Source of the DNA: Convolutriloba macropyga
Taxonomy: Eukaryota
NCBI RefSeq assembly: GCF_964194025.1
Contig: NC_134469.1
Coordinates: 15,810,001-15,874,000, forward strand
Reading direction: 5' to 3'
Length of the DNA: 64,000 nt
Shown: one piece after another, positions 23,045-36,500 of the stretch
Position numbering within the stretch: the stretch's first letter is position 1
How the letters are laid out: each line of letters starts with the position of its first letter
The notes under the pieces: model-generated
Told to the model about the DNA's origin: nothing
The model's database searches: none
The model's input: only the letters and a program-made list of their open reading frames with translations
Translations under genes and position numbers: made by a program

Positions 23045-24430
23045 ACATTATTATTATAACTTTTTTAAGAGTTCGTGCCACGGGAACCCTGTCCCCAGTT
23101 TCTAGCATTGGCCTGGCAGGGTAGTTATTACAGATACAAACGAATATCTAAGTACCAGCAATATTCTCATCCCAGTTCATGTCGAAATAGCTCCATATCA
23201 AGTTCAGCTACTTTGGCTCAATGTTTAAATCCTCAAATATGTTGATTACATACTGTTGAAGAAGATTGACACGAAAACCACAGCGATACCAAAAACTGTG
23301 TCGCTGGGCTTCATACTTGATTTCTGGAGTATTAGTTTCTTTCTCTTGCTGGTGCTCTGATATACGAGATTTGAGGTAAAGTCTACATCATAACGGCTAG
23401 TATCAAAACTGTTCTTGTGGATTTTCAGCTCGTAGCAGAAGGGACTTAGTACCTATCGGCTTGACTAAAGCAATGTCCTGTTGTTTCTGCATGTGCTACA
23501 ATCGCAAGTGATTTGCCGCGTTCAGATGTTCGTTTCAGAAAAACCTTCACTGAAAAATTTCCATATGATCTCCAAGATTCGATTTTTTAGTCCTGCAGAT
23601 TGACGAACCTAACTCCCATTCTTACACCAGAGTTAAAATTCCTCGGTAGCATGCACAGAACTCGATTGCTATTGCTGAAATCCACAAGAGGTCTCCGTGA
23701 AAGGCCTTGATGACGATAACTCCTAAGTCCTTGATTGCAGTTTTACTTTGCAGTTTATAAGTTTCAGCTCGGATTGAGCTCCTTGAAACGCAACCTGGGC
23801 ACATTTGTATATGGCTCGGTCCAGTTTGTTGCGTCTCACTGATTTCTCTGCGTGTAGCTCTTGGAAATTCCAGAAGGCATTTCCTATTGTCAGCAGTTTG
23901 ATCATTTGCAAAAAGAAAGGTCTATGCGAAAACAAGCGCCGAGAAGAGCCCGTTGTACTCCACTCCTCAAATCGAAAGCTTCTGAGCACACTTTGTTCAC
24001 TCGTACGTACTGTTTACTATTTGGAAGATAGTCAAAGAGAACTTTCAGCGGACAACCACCAACACCAATATTGGCGATTTTCTTCAAAAAACTTTGAAAT
24101 GAGGAACTCCATCAAATGTTTTGGAAAAATATGTGCAAACAGCTACAATTTCAGATTTGCTTTCACTGTCAACCACTGTAAGAATTCAGCATGTTACTCC
24201 AAACTGATTTCCCTTTACAAAACCGTCCTGTCGTTTGCAAAGAATTTTTTTTAAAAATGTTGAGAACTCGCATTAAAAGTAGAGTGCTGGCAATAATCTT
24301 GTCATAAAAAGATTAACTTTAGAGTTTCGATTTCCATTGATCCATTCCATTATTGTTCTGTTACACCTGTTGGTGACTTAGAAATGCGATTTCACTTGCC
24401 AACACTCCGATGAGAGCGCGGGACTGAGGT
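23045..24430 (-). mobile_element. Decayed CR1/L2-group LINE, ORF2 (RT to C-terminus) and 3' tail
   Basis: Minus-strand IGVGGCPLKVLFDYLPNSKQYVRVN...SGVQRALLG (the SGVPQGS region), KDLGVIV and RHSFWYR. (TAA)n-like tail near 23046-23058. Confidence 0.8.
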
Positions 24431-24439
24431 TGGATCGGT

Positions 24440-24950
24440 AGAACTCTGCTTCCAAAAGATTACATTTGGGAGGTGTCTATTTTCAGCAAAAAGAAAATAC
24501 TCATTGCTGTAGCTATTCTACGCTTCCAATTTTCAATTCAGATCAGGATCTCTGTAATGACTAGAGCCACCACTTTCACTTTATCGATTGAAGAGGAGAA
24601 GAAGAACCTCTCATGCATGTTCTGTCTATTTACTTTCTTTGAGCAGAATCGCATAAAACACTTTTTGTTATTGAACAGTAAACAATTTTGAATTCACTAT
24701 CAGTGTAAGATTTCTATGCAACTGTGGAATCTGCAATCCAATGAAAAACTCGTGCCAAACGAAAACTGAAGTGTTTACACCCGTGGGCTCCGACCCTAAA
24801 GACTCTCCTCCTCCTACATTTCAAGGTCTTACCTCAGCCGGCTTCATTAAAGCTCTTAAAACTACTTTTAGTTCATCGGGAAAGAGTATCGTAAGAGACG
24901 TTAAAGCCTTTGTTGGGAGATCGTTTAAATAGATCAAGAACAGAAAGCGC
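24440..24950 (-). mobile_element. Second LINE RT fragment
   Basis: FLFLIYLNDLP...ILFPDELKV is a degenerate LFLIYINDLP...LFADD motif. Confidence 0.75.
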
Positions 24951-24983
24951 CTTCGTGATAAACAGTCTTTAAATAATTCCATG

Positions 24984-27839
24984 AAATTTTTTGTTAATCC
25001 AAGCATAAATTTGTCAGAAGAATTAGGAGCTTAATTTTAGCGAACGCTTCTGAGACGCCAAATAGCACTAGGTTAGTTTGGTCGTCGGTGTTGTCAAGGT
25101 AATGGTAAATTTGATCAGGTCTCTTGATGGGTTGTATTATGACGGATCAGCTGGGAAAAAAAACTCGTACTGCTGCTGACAGTCAATACTTAAGCCACTG
25201 ATGCGAACTCCTTCGTCTCGATTACCTACGGAATCGAATTCAGTTAATAGCATTACACATCCTACCTTTAAGCCTATATGTTGAAATGCATGATCTGTTT
25301 ATGTTGATATCAATTAACAGGAGGGATTTTGACCTAGAAAAGTAGACACTACTCGACAAAACATCCGAGAAGTACTCCAGTTATCCAAACCTCGATTAAA
25401 TAAAAACAAACGAAAACATTAATCACAAACAAAAACGTTTTCACAAAATTAATTGTTGTGATAAACTTATTAAATAGGGGATCCCTCGGGCAATGTTTTG
25501 ACTATTATTATTGAAAGTGAGAAAAAAATTATCAACCAACAATGCCTCCCAAATCGCAGAAAAACTGTCTCGACGGAAAATCAAATTGATGATGGAAGCC
25601 TTCATCTCATCGAGTGCATGGTTGTGGATAAGGCAATCGATGTGTTCTAATGTACGGCTACAGAAAAAATCCACACTTTTAGACTCAACCACTTCATTGT
25701 GCGTTCTGCTCAGCCAAACAGGCAACAGACGAATCCGACGTTCCGAAACAAGTATGATCGCGAAACCCGACTGGTGCCTTTAATGCTGATACGTGAGAGC
25801 AATACGGTAGGAGGGATAACATACTAATTTCAGGAGTCGTTGAAGAACAAAGCGAAGATTTTTACCAAAAAGTTGTCGACGTGGCCGAACAAATTGGATT
25901 TACAATTGATAAAATCTGATCATGGGATCCAAGCGTAAATTTTTTGTTAATCCAAGCATAAATTTTTCAGAAGAATTAGGAGCTTAATTTTAGCGAACGC
26001 TTCTGAGACGCCAAATAGCACTAGGTTAGTTTGGTCGTCGGTGTTGTCAAGGTAATGGTAAATTTGATCAGGTCTCTTGATGGGTTGTATTATGACGGCT
26101 CAGCTGGGAAAAAAAAAAACTTGTACTGTTGCTGACACAGTCAATACTTAAGCCACTGATGCGAACTCCTTCGTCTCAATTACCTACGGAATCGAATTCA
26201 GTTAATAGCATTACACATCCTACCTTTAAGCCTATATGTTGAAATGCATGATCTGTTTATGTTGATATCAATTAACAGGAGGGATTTTGACCTAGAAAAG
26301 TAGACACTACTCGACAAAACATCCGAGAAGTACTCCAGTTATCCAAACCTCGATTAAATAAAAACAAACGAAAACATTAATCACAAACAAAAACGTTTTC
26401 ACAAAATTAATTGTTGTGATAAACTTATTAAATAGGGGATCCCTCGGGCAATGTTTTGACTATTATTATTGAAAGTGAGAAAAAAATTATCAACCAACAA
26501 TGCCTCCCAAATCGCAGAAAAACTGTCTCGACGGAAAATCAAATTGATGATGGAAGCCTTCATCTCATCGAGTGCATGGTTGTGGATAAGGCAATCGATG
26601 TGTTCTAATGTACGGCTACAGAAAAAATCCACACTTTTAGACTCAACCACTTCATTGTGCGTTCTGCTCAGCCAAACAGGCAACAGACGAATCCGACGTT
26701 CCGAAACAAGTATGATCGCGAAACCCGACTGGTGCCTTTAATGCTGATACGTGAGAGCAATACGGTAGGAGGGATAACATACTAATTTCAGGAGTCGTTG
26801 AAGAACAAAGCGAAGATTTTTACCAAAAAGTTGTCGACGTGGCCGAACAAATTGGATTTACAATTGATTAAATCTGATCATGGGATCCAAGCGTAAATTT
26901 TTTGTTAATCCAAGCATAAATTTTTCAGAAGAATTAGGAGCTTAATTTTAGCGAACGCTTCTGAGACGCCAAATAGCACTAGGTTAGTTTGGTCGTCGGT
27001 GTTGTCAAGGTAATGGTAAATTTGATCAGGTCTCTTGATGGGTTGTATTATGACGGCTCAGCTGGGAAAAAAACTTGTACTGTTGCTGACACAGTCAATA
27101 CTTAAGCCACTGATGCGAACTCCTTCGTCTCAATTACTACGGAATCGAATTCAGTTAATAGCATTACACATCCTACCTTTAAGCCTATATGTTGAAATGC
27201 ATGATCTGTTTATGTTGATATCAATTAACAGAAGGAACTTTGACCTAGAAAAGTAGACACTGCTCGACAAAACATCCGAGAAGTACTCCAGTTATCCAAA
27301 CCTCGATTAAATAAAAACAAACGAAAACATTAATTACAAACAAAAACGTTAGCACAAAATTAATTGTTGTGATAAACTTATTAAATAGGGGATCCCTCGG
27401 GCAATGTTTTGACTATTATTTTTGAAAGTGAAAAAAAAAGTTATCATTCAACAATACCTCCCAAATCGCAGAAAAACTGTCTCGACGGAAAATCAAATTG
27501 ATGATGGAAGCCTTCATCTCATCGAGTGCATGGTTGTGTTTAAGGCAATCGATGTGTTCTATGTACGGCTACCGAAAAAAATCCACACTTTAAGACTCAA
27601 CCACTTCATTGTGCGTTTTGCTCAGCCAAACAGGCAACAGACGTATCCGACTTTCCGAAACAAGTATCATCGCGAAACCCAACTGGTGCCTTTCATGCTG
27701 ATACGTGAGAGCAAAACGATAGGAGGGATAATCTACTAATTTCAGGATTCGTTGAAGAACAAAGCGAAGATTTTTACCAAAAAGTTATCGATGTGGCCGA
27801 ACAAATTGGATTTACAACTGATAAAATCTGATCATGGGA
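24984..27839 (+). repeat. Tandem triplication of a ~955-bp unit (starts 24984, 25937, 26895): 3' piece of a CR1-like ORF2 plus the 5'/ORF1 part of a second LINE
   Basis: Identical ORFs at 25511 and 26469 (offset 958). The unit encodes ALHILPLSLYVEMHDL (ORF2 C-terminal type) and EQYGRRDNILISGVVEEQSED (LINE ORF1 motif). Confidence 0.95.
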
Positions 27840-30470
27840 AATGAGAAGCTGAAAGAGATGGGCCAGCGACTTTTCATTAATGATGATGCAACACCGCTAA
27901 GAGGGAATCATGTACCTTGATAGACAGAATGAGGAAGTTGCGAGTGTGACTACTGTACATGAAAAAAAATCGTGTGTCTGAAATCGTCTGATAAATTTGT
28001 ACTCAATAACTTGTCTGAACTATAAGGATGGAATAGCCCCCCAATTTGATGAGTTTATTAATTTGCGTTTTTGCAGTTGAACCCAGAAAGGTGCAATGTC
28101 TTTCGAAAAATGATAATAAGCTTAGCAATAAATTGAAAGCTTCTGTGTTTTACACTAGCATGAGATCACTAATTAAAAATTTTGATGAACAAGAACAAAT
28201 CAGAAATGGAAAAAACGACAAACCCACTGCTATGCGTCTTTCGGAAATCTGGTTGCCGTCTGATTATCTTCTCGACCTCTAAAAATTATCCCGATATAAT
28301 AATGTTATTTCAGAAAGCACGAAAATATGCCATTTATATCAATGAGAAGGTAGCATTTGAAGTCATACATACATCAGTTAGTCTTCGTTTCACTTCGTTT
28401 AATATTAGATGTTTTAAAACGAAAAAAACTATGTGTTACTGGATCTACAAGTCACCATCCACAAATAATACCAATTTTCTAAACGATTTTGAAATTCTAG
28501 TTACGTGTCTACAACAACATAAATGTGTTATATTTGGTGATTTAAACAAAGAATTACTTCAAATTTCTAAATCTAACGACAAATTAAATGCAATAATTGC
28601 ACAAAATGGTTTCAATCATTGTTTAGTCTTTCCTTCTAGAGTAACAAGTACAAACACATTGTTAGTTGATTGCGTCTTTTATAATTAAAGGGTTGATTCC
28701 GCTGACTTTTATATTAATTTTTCAAGCATTACTGATCATTATGCAATTATTACAAGTTTTGATTGCTCCACAAAAACTAAAGTTATAAAAATGACAATCA
28801 GATGGTATCTTTTTTTGAACAATGAGAATCTCCTAAATTATTTTCAAAACCTAGCATCTAAAATGAATAGTTTTTAGTACGGTGATTGTCCTTCGGAAAG
28901 TACAAAGAACCTAATTAGAATTATAACAGAAGCGATAGACGAAAACGCTGTAAGTGAAACAAGTAAGAATAAAGATAAAAAGTGTCCCTGGGTAAATTTT
29001 TTTTCAAAAATGTTTTTTAAAAAAGATCCGGGCCTTCAAAAACGCACTCAAATGTCTGAGTTCTAAACTACGAAAAATTTTTAACGCTTAGAGGAAAAGT
29101 AAACACACTTTGCAAAAACAGGCATCTTTGTGAAAAATTGAGCTCAATTAGTGGAAAAAACAGAAAAGATGATACCATATCAATTGAAAATGAACTTGGA
29201 AGTACCGTTAAAGAGATCATAACACCACTGATTGCTTTGGTAAATGTTTTTGTTCTATTGGTAAGAAATTAAATGGCTTGATAAAAATACCACCAAGTAA
29301 AATTGACATAAGCCAGCAAACTAACCAAAATTTATTTATGTTTTCGATTGTACCTATACAGAAGCTTTCAATTTCCTGCAAAACCTTGATTTTAATAAAG
29401 AACTGGGTAGGACAGAATTCCTGCTAAAGTTCTAAAAACTTTGTTGTGCAAATATTCTTGCGTATCCTGTCTCAAATTTTGTTAGTCTCTCCTTCACAAA
29501 AGGTATACTCCTGACAGCTTGAAAATTGTTCAGTACATAAAACTTGATCAAAGCGAAGAGTTGAGAATCTTCGACCTATATCTATGATTCCTTCACTGAG
29601 CAAAATTTTTGAAAATACAATGTTCTGACGTCTCTATAATTTTCTACGGAATACAAATGTGTTATAAAAAAAGCAGTTTGGTTTCCAAACCAAACGCTGC
29701 ACAACAGACGTCTCGATTCAAATTACAGAAACATTTGTGTTGTATTAAAGAAATTTACCTGCTGCTTTTTACTTGACATTAAGAAAACTTTTGACACATT
29801 TGATCATCCTAAACTTCTTCAAAAATTTTCAGAGTACGGTTTTAGAGGAGTTGCAATAGAATGGTTTACAACTTATTTGACAAACTAAACATAATGAGTG
29901 AAATTAGATGGTTGCTTGTCTCAGGTAGAGGTCATCATTTTTGATATTCCGCGCGGTTCTGTTTTAGGGACATAAAATGTTAATTGTTCTTTTTTAAAAA
30001 GACTTGCCTCTCTGTTGTGAGCAAAAAGGTCCGTAGTGTATTGATGACACAAATCTTCTGTATGAATCCAACTTTGGTAAACCTTTATGCTTTGAATGAT
30101 GAGCACAAAAAATTTGCATCATGGTTTGCGGATGATAAATTGTGTCTGAATTCTTCTCAGGTATAAATAAAAAATTTCTGCTAATATTAGTCTAGATGTC
30201 ACTAAGAGCAGTAAAACTCTACTTGAATCTAAATGTGTAAAATGTAAAATTCCTATGTCTTTTTCGAGACGGTAAATTTGATTGTCAAATAAAAGAAGTC
30301 CTTAAAATAGATTTGGCTCACAATTTTGATCTTAAGCAATTGAGAAACTTTGACATAAATCAGTTTCTGCTTGTTTATTATGAAACCTATAAACATCCTA
30401 TCATGTCGGATGGTTTGTTACTGTATGGATGCACCTAAAAAAACCAATAGAATTGATTATACAAAATAGA
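27450..30470 (+). mobile_element. Decayed, near full-length L2/CR1-group (Crack/Daphne-like) LINE: ORF1, APE endonuclease, RT
   Basis: ORF1 RLFINDDATPL. Endonuclease motifs YTSMRSL, LSEIWL, IYKSPS, IFGDLN, PSRVT..TLLVD and TDHY. RT motifs QFGF, KTFDTFDH and PRGSVLG. Many stops and frameshifts. Confidence 0.85.
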
Positions 30471-30519
30471 GGAATTAAGTTTGAATGGTTTGAATCTTTT
30501 TTCACAAACCATCTAAGAC

Positions 30520-33500
30520 ACAACTGATAATTTTTTTAAATATTAGTCCTGATATCACTCTGAGCGGTAAAACCTAACATCAATTTGAAGGTGTAATTTA
30601 CCTAGGTCTTTTCCTTGATCGTGAATTCAAAAATGATTGTCATATAGAAGAAGTTGTTAAAATTATTTGGCCTCAAAATTTTGTTCTTGAGCGACTGAAA
30701 AAGTTTGTCACAAATCAGTTTTTGCTTGTTTATTATAAAAACTATATACAGCCCATCATGTCTTATGGTTTGTTAATATATGGAGGCAAATCAAAAAATA
30801 AATTGAATCGATTATACATACTTCAGAAAAAAATTACGGATAATTTACTATAAAGGCCAATGTGAATACATTGAGGAATGTTTTTCGAAAAGTAACGTGA
30901 TATCCATATGCATACTTTACCTAAAAGAGCTCATACAGTGCACCTTGATCTTTGTTCAAACTATTAAAGTAACTCGACATTATTCTAGCAATAACATTTT
31001 CTGTTCAACAAGATAGAACACGGTTGTGGTAGATAATTAAGGAGGCAAATTACCCAAAATCTAAATGTCTTTTCAATTGTACCAATACCGAAGTTTTCAA
31101 TTTGTTGCAAAGACCTGATATTAATAAAGCAATTGGGTTGGATAGAATTCTTGTTACGGTTCTAAACTTTTGTGCAAATTTTTTTCCGCATCCTTTCTCA
31201 CATCTAGTTAGTTCATCGTTCGCAAAAAATATGTTTCCTGACTGCTTGAAACATGCAAAAGTTATCCAATATATAGAGCCGGATCAAGACGGAAAGTTGA
31301 GAATTATTGACCAATATCTGTACTTCCTGCATTGAGCAAAATTTTTGAAAGGTCAATGACCAAAACCTCTCGATAAATTTCTACGGAATAAAAATATGTT
31401 ATTAAAAAACAGTTTGGTTTCCAAAACAAACGGTCCACAACTGACGTCCTGATTCAAATTACAGAAGCATTCGTTTTGCATAAAAAAATGTACCAGTTGC
31501 ATTTTACTTGACATTAAGAAAGCTTTTCACACAATTGATCATCCTACAATTCTTCAAAATTTTTCTGAATATGGCGTTAGAGGAGTTGCATTAGAATGGT
31601 TCACACCTTATTTGACAAACAAAACCTATTGCGTTAAATTAGGCGATTGCCTATCTCAAGTAGAGGTCATCATATTTGATGCACCACAGGGTTCTGTTTC
31701 AGAACCGCAGTTAGTTATCCCTTATATAAATGATTTGCCTTTCGGTTGTGAGTAATTGGATCCGCATATGTTTGGAGATGACACAAATCTACTTTATAAA
31801 TCCAACTTATTAAATACTTATGCTTTGAATGACGAGCTCAATCAGATTGTATCATGATTTGAAGAAAATTAACTGTGTTTAAATTCTTCTAAGACACAAC
31901 TAATAAATTCTTCTAATATTAGTCTTGATGTCATTATGAGTGGTAAAACCTAACATAAATTCGAATGTGCAAAATACCTAGGCCTTTTTCGTGATCGTGA
32001 ATTCAAATATGATTGTCATATAGAAGAATTTGTTAAAAAATTTTCGCCTCAAAATTTTGATCTTGAGCGACTGAGAAAGTTTGTCACAAATCAAAATTTG
32101 CTTGTTTGTTAAAAACACTATATACAGCCTATCATGTCTTATGGCTTGTTAATGTATGGAGGCAAATCACACAATAAATTGAACCGATTATACGTACTTC
32201 AGAAAAAAAATTACGGATAATTTACTATAAAGGCCAATGTGAACACATTAAGGAATGTTTTGGAAAAAGTAACGTGCTATCCATATGCATACTGTACCTA
32301 AAAGAGCTCATACAGTGCACCTTGATCTTTGTTCAAATTAGCAAAGTAACTGGACATTATTCTAGCAATAACACGTTTTGCTTAACAAGAAAAAACACAG
32401 CAAGTAATTAAGGAGGCAAATTAACCAAAATCTAACTGCCTTTTCAATTGTACGTATACCGATGTTTTCAATTTGTTGCAAAATCTTGATACTAAAAAAG
32501 CAATTGGTTTGTAAAGAATTGATGCTAAGTTTCTAAATCTTTGTGCAAATTTTCTTCCGTATCTTTTCTCGCACCGAGTTAGTTCATCTTTCACAAAAAG
32601 TATTTTTGCTGACTGCTTGAAACATGCAAAAATTATCCAATATATAGAGACGGATTGACACGGAAAGTTGAAAAATATCAACCAATATCTGTACTTCTTG
32701 CATTGAGCAAAACTTTTGAAAGTTCAAGGTTCAACCCTCTCGATAAATTTCTACGGAAAAAAATGTGTTAAAAAAGCGGTTTGGTTTCCAAACCAAACGC
32801 ACCACAAATGACTCAAATTAAAGAAGCTTTCGTTTTGTATAAAAGAAATTTACCTGCTGCATTTTACTTGACATTAAGGAAACTTTTGACACATTTGATC
32901 ATCCTAAAGTTCTTCAAACATTTTCTGAATATGGTGTCAGTGGTGTCATTAAAATGGCCTACACCTTTTTTGACAATCAAAACCTATTGCGTTAAATTAG
33001 GTGGTTGCTTATCTCAGCTAGAGTTCACCATATTTAGTATTCCCCAGGATTATGTTTTAGGGACACTGTAATTTGTTCTTATTTAAATGACTAGCCTCTC
33101 TGTTGTGAGCAATTAGATCCGTATATGTGCGCAGATGACACAAATTTTTAGTATGAATCCAACTTAGTAAACATTTATGCTTTGAATGATGAGCACAATA
33201 AAATTGCGTCATGGTTTGCGGAAAAAAATTGTGTTTGAATTCTTCTAAGACACAACTGATAAATTTTTTAAATATTAGTCTTGATGTCACTCTGAGCGGT
33301 AAAACCTAACATCAATTTGAATGTGTAATTTACATAGGTCTTTTTCTTGATCATGAATTCAAAAAAGATTGTCATATAGAAGAAGTTGTTAAAAATATTT
33401 GGCCTCAAAATTTTGTTCTTGAGCGACTGAAAAAGTTTGTCGCAAATCAGTTTTTGCTTGTTTATTATAAAAACTATATACAGCCCATCATGTCTTATGG

Positions 33501-36500
33501 TTTGTTAATATATGGAGGCAAATCAAAAAATAAATTGAATCGATTATACATACTTCAGAAAAAAATTACGGATAATTTACTATAAAGGCCAATGTGAATA
33601 CATTGAGGAATATTTTTCGAAAAGTAACGTGATATCCATATGCATACTTTACCTAAAAGAGCTCATACAGTGCACCTTGATCTTTGTTCAAACTATTAAA
33701 GTAACTGGACATTATTCTAGCAATAACATTTTCTGTTCAACAAGATGGAACACGGTTAAGGTAGTTAATTAAGGAGGCAAATTACCCAAAATCTAACTGT
33801 CTTTTCAATTGTACCAATACCGAAGTTTTCAATTTGTTGCAGAGACCTGATTTTAATAAAGCAATTGGGTTGGATAGAATTCATGTTAAGGTTCTAAACC
33901 TTTGTGCAAAATTTTTTCCGCATCCTTTCTCACATCTAGTTAGTTCATCGTTCGCAAAAAGTATTTTTCCTGACTGCTTGAAACATGCAAAAGTTATCCA
34001 ATATATAGAGCAAGATCAAGACGGAAAGTTGAGAATTATTGACCAATATCTGTACTTCCTGCATTGAGCACAATTTTTGAAAGGTCAATGACCAAAACCT
34101 CTCGATAAATTTCTACGGAATAAAAATATGTTATTAAAAAACAGTTTGGTTTCCAAAACAAACGGTCCACAACTGACGTCCTGATTCAAATTACAGAAGC
34201 ATTCGTTTTGCATAAAAAAATGTACCAGTTGCATTTTACTTGACATTAAGAAAGCTTTTCACACAATTGATCATCCTACAATTCTTCAAAATTTTTCTGA
34301 ATATGGCGTTAGAGGAGTTGCATTAGAATGGTTCACACCTTATTTGACAAACAAAACCTATTGCGTAAAATTAGGCGGTTTCTTATCTCAGGCAGCGGTC
34401 ATCATATTTGATGTTCCGCGCGGTTCTGTTTTAGGGACATAAAATGTTAATTGTTCTTTTTTAAAAAGTCTTGCCTCTCTGTTGTGAACAATAAGGTCCG
34501 TAGTGTATTGATGACACTAATCTTCTGTATGAATCCAACTTTGGTAAACCTTTACGCTTTGAATGATGAGCACAAAAATGTGCATCATGGTTTGCGGATA
34601 ATAAATTGTGTTTGAATTCTTCTAAGGTACAAATAAAAAATTTCTTCTAATATTAGTCTAGATGACACTTAGAGCAGTAAAACTCTACATGAATCTAAAT
34701 GTGTAAAATGTAAAATTCCTATGTCTTTTTCCAGACGGTAAATTTGATTGTCAAATAAAAGAAGTTCTTAAAATAGATTTGGCCTCACAATTTTGATCTT
34801 AAGCAATTAAGAAACTTTGACATAAATCATTTTCTGCATGTTTATTTTGAAACCTATATACAGCCTATCAAGTCGGATGATTTGTTATTGTATTGATGCA
34901 CCTAAAAAACCAATAGTATAGATTATACTAACTTCAGAAGAAAATTTATGTATAATTTTTTTAAAGGCCGATGTGAACACGTTAATGAGTATTTTTCGAA
35001 AAGTAACGTGTTATTTATATGCAAGCTTTACCTAAAAAAGCTCCTAAAATAAATTTTGATCTATGTTCAGACTAGCAAAGTCAGGGAAAATGATTCCAGC
35101 AGTAATTCGTTTTCTTTTACAAGATCGAACACAGCAGGTAATCTTAGGGTTATTAAGATTAAAAATAATGCTCGAAAAATCACTTACGCACAAATGTCTG
35201 GTTCTATACAAATTTTGTTAGATCAAAATGATATGCCGCCCTCGAAAACTAATATATGTCAATTTGCACCTAAGAATTTTACAGACCGTACAAAGAATAC
35301 AATACATATAAAAGAACATTTTTCTGGAAGACTTTTCATGTATGCTACATTTATTATTGAGTTATATGTTAATTATTCACTGCTTGCTCCAAGGGCATCC
35401 CCATGCAGCCCCTAGGCTTTGGAGGGTCCACATCGGCGCTATTTTTTAATTTTTGTAAGATCTTTTGGAGAAATTTTTCTATGCATCGGGGAAATTGAAT
35501 TATTACTATTTTTATTAGAAACACAACTGCTTTATAACTACACTCTTTGAGTATATGATAGTTTTGGAAATTTCCTCAGCAAAACATCTATTTAAAGGAT
35601 GTACCGGATTCTCTTCCTAAAACATCAATCCAAAGAAAACAAATGTGCCTGGAGAGTGATATTATCAGGAGTTGCATTAAAATGGCTTACACCTTATTTG
35701 ACAAGCAAAACCTATTGCGTAAAACCTAAAAGAGCTCATACATTGCACCTTGATTTTTGTATAAACTAGCAAAGTAACTGGATATTATTTTATCAATATT
35801 ATTTTCTGTTTAACAAGATGGAACACGGTAGTTAATTAAGGATGCAAATTACCCAAAATCCAATTGTCTTTTCAATTGTACCAATACCGAAGTTTTCAAT
35901 TTGTTGCAAAGACCTGATTTTAATAAAGCAATTGGGTTGGATAGAATTCATGTTAAGGTTCTAAACCTTTGTGCAAAATTTTTTCCGCACCCTTTCTCAC
36001 ATCTAGTTAGTTCATCGTTCGCAAAAAGTATTTTTCCTGACTGCTTGAAACATGCAAAAGTTATCCAATATATAGAGCCGGATCAAGACGGAAAGTTGAG
36101 AATTATCGACCAATATCTGTACTTCCTGCATTGAGCAAAATTTTTGAAAGGTCAATGTTCAAACCTCTCGATAAATTTTTACGGAATAAAAATGTGTTAT
36201 TAAAAAGCAGTTTCGTTTCCAAAACAAACGGTCCACAACTGACGTCCTGATTCAAATTACAGAAGCATTCGTTTTGTATAAAAAATGTACCAGTTGCATT
36301 TTACTTGACATTAAGAAAGCTTATGACGCATTTGATCATCCTACACTTCTTCAAATTTTTTCTGAATATGGCGTTAGAGGAGTTGCATTAGAATGGTTCA
36401 CACCTTATTTGACAAACAAAACCTATTGCGTAAAATTAGGCGGTGGCTAATCTCAGGAAGCGGTCATCATATTTGATGTTTCGCATGGTTCTGTTTTAGG

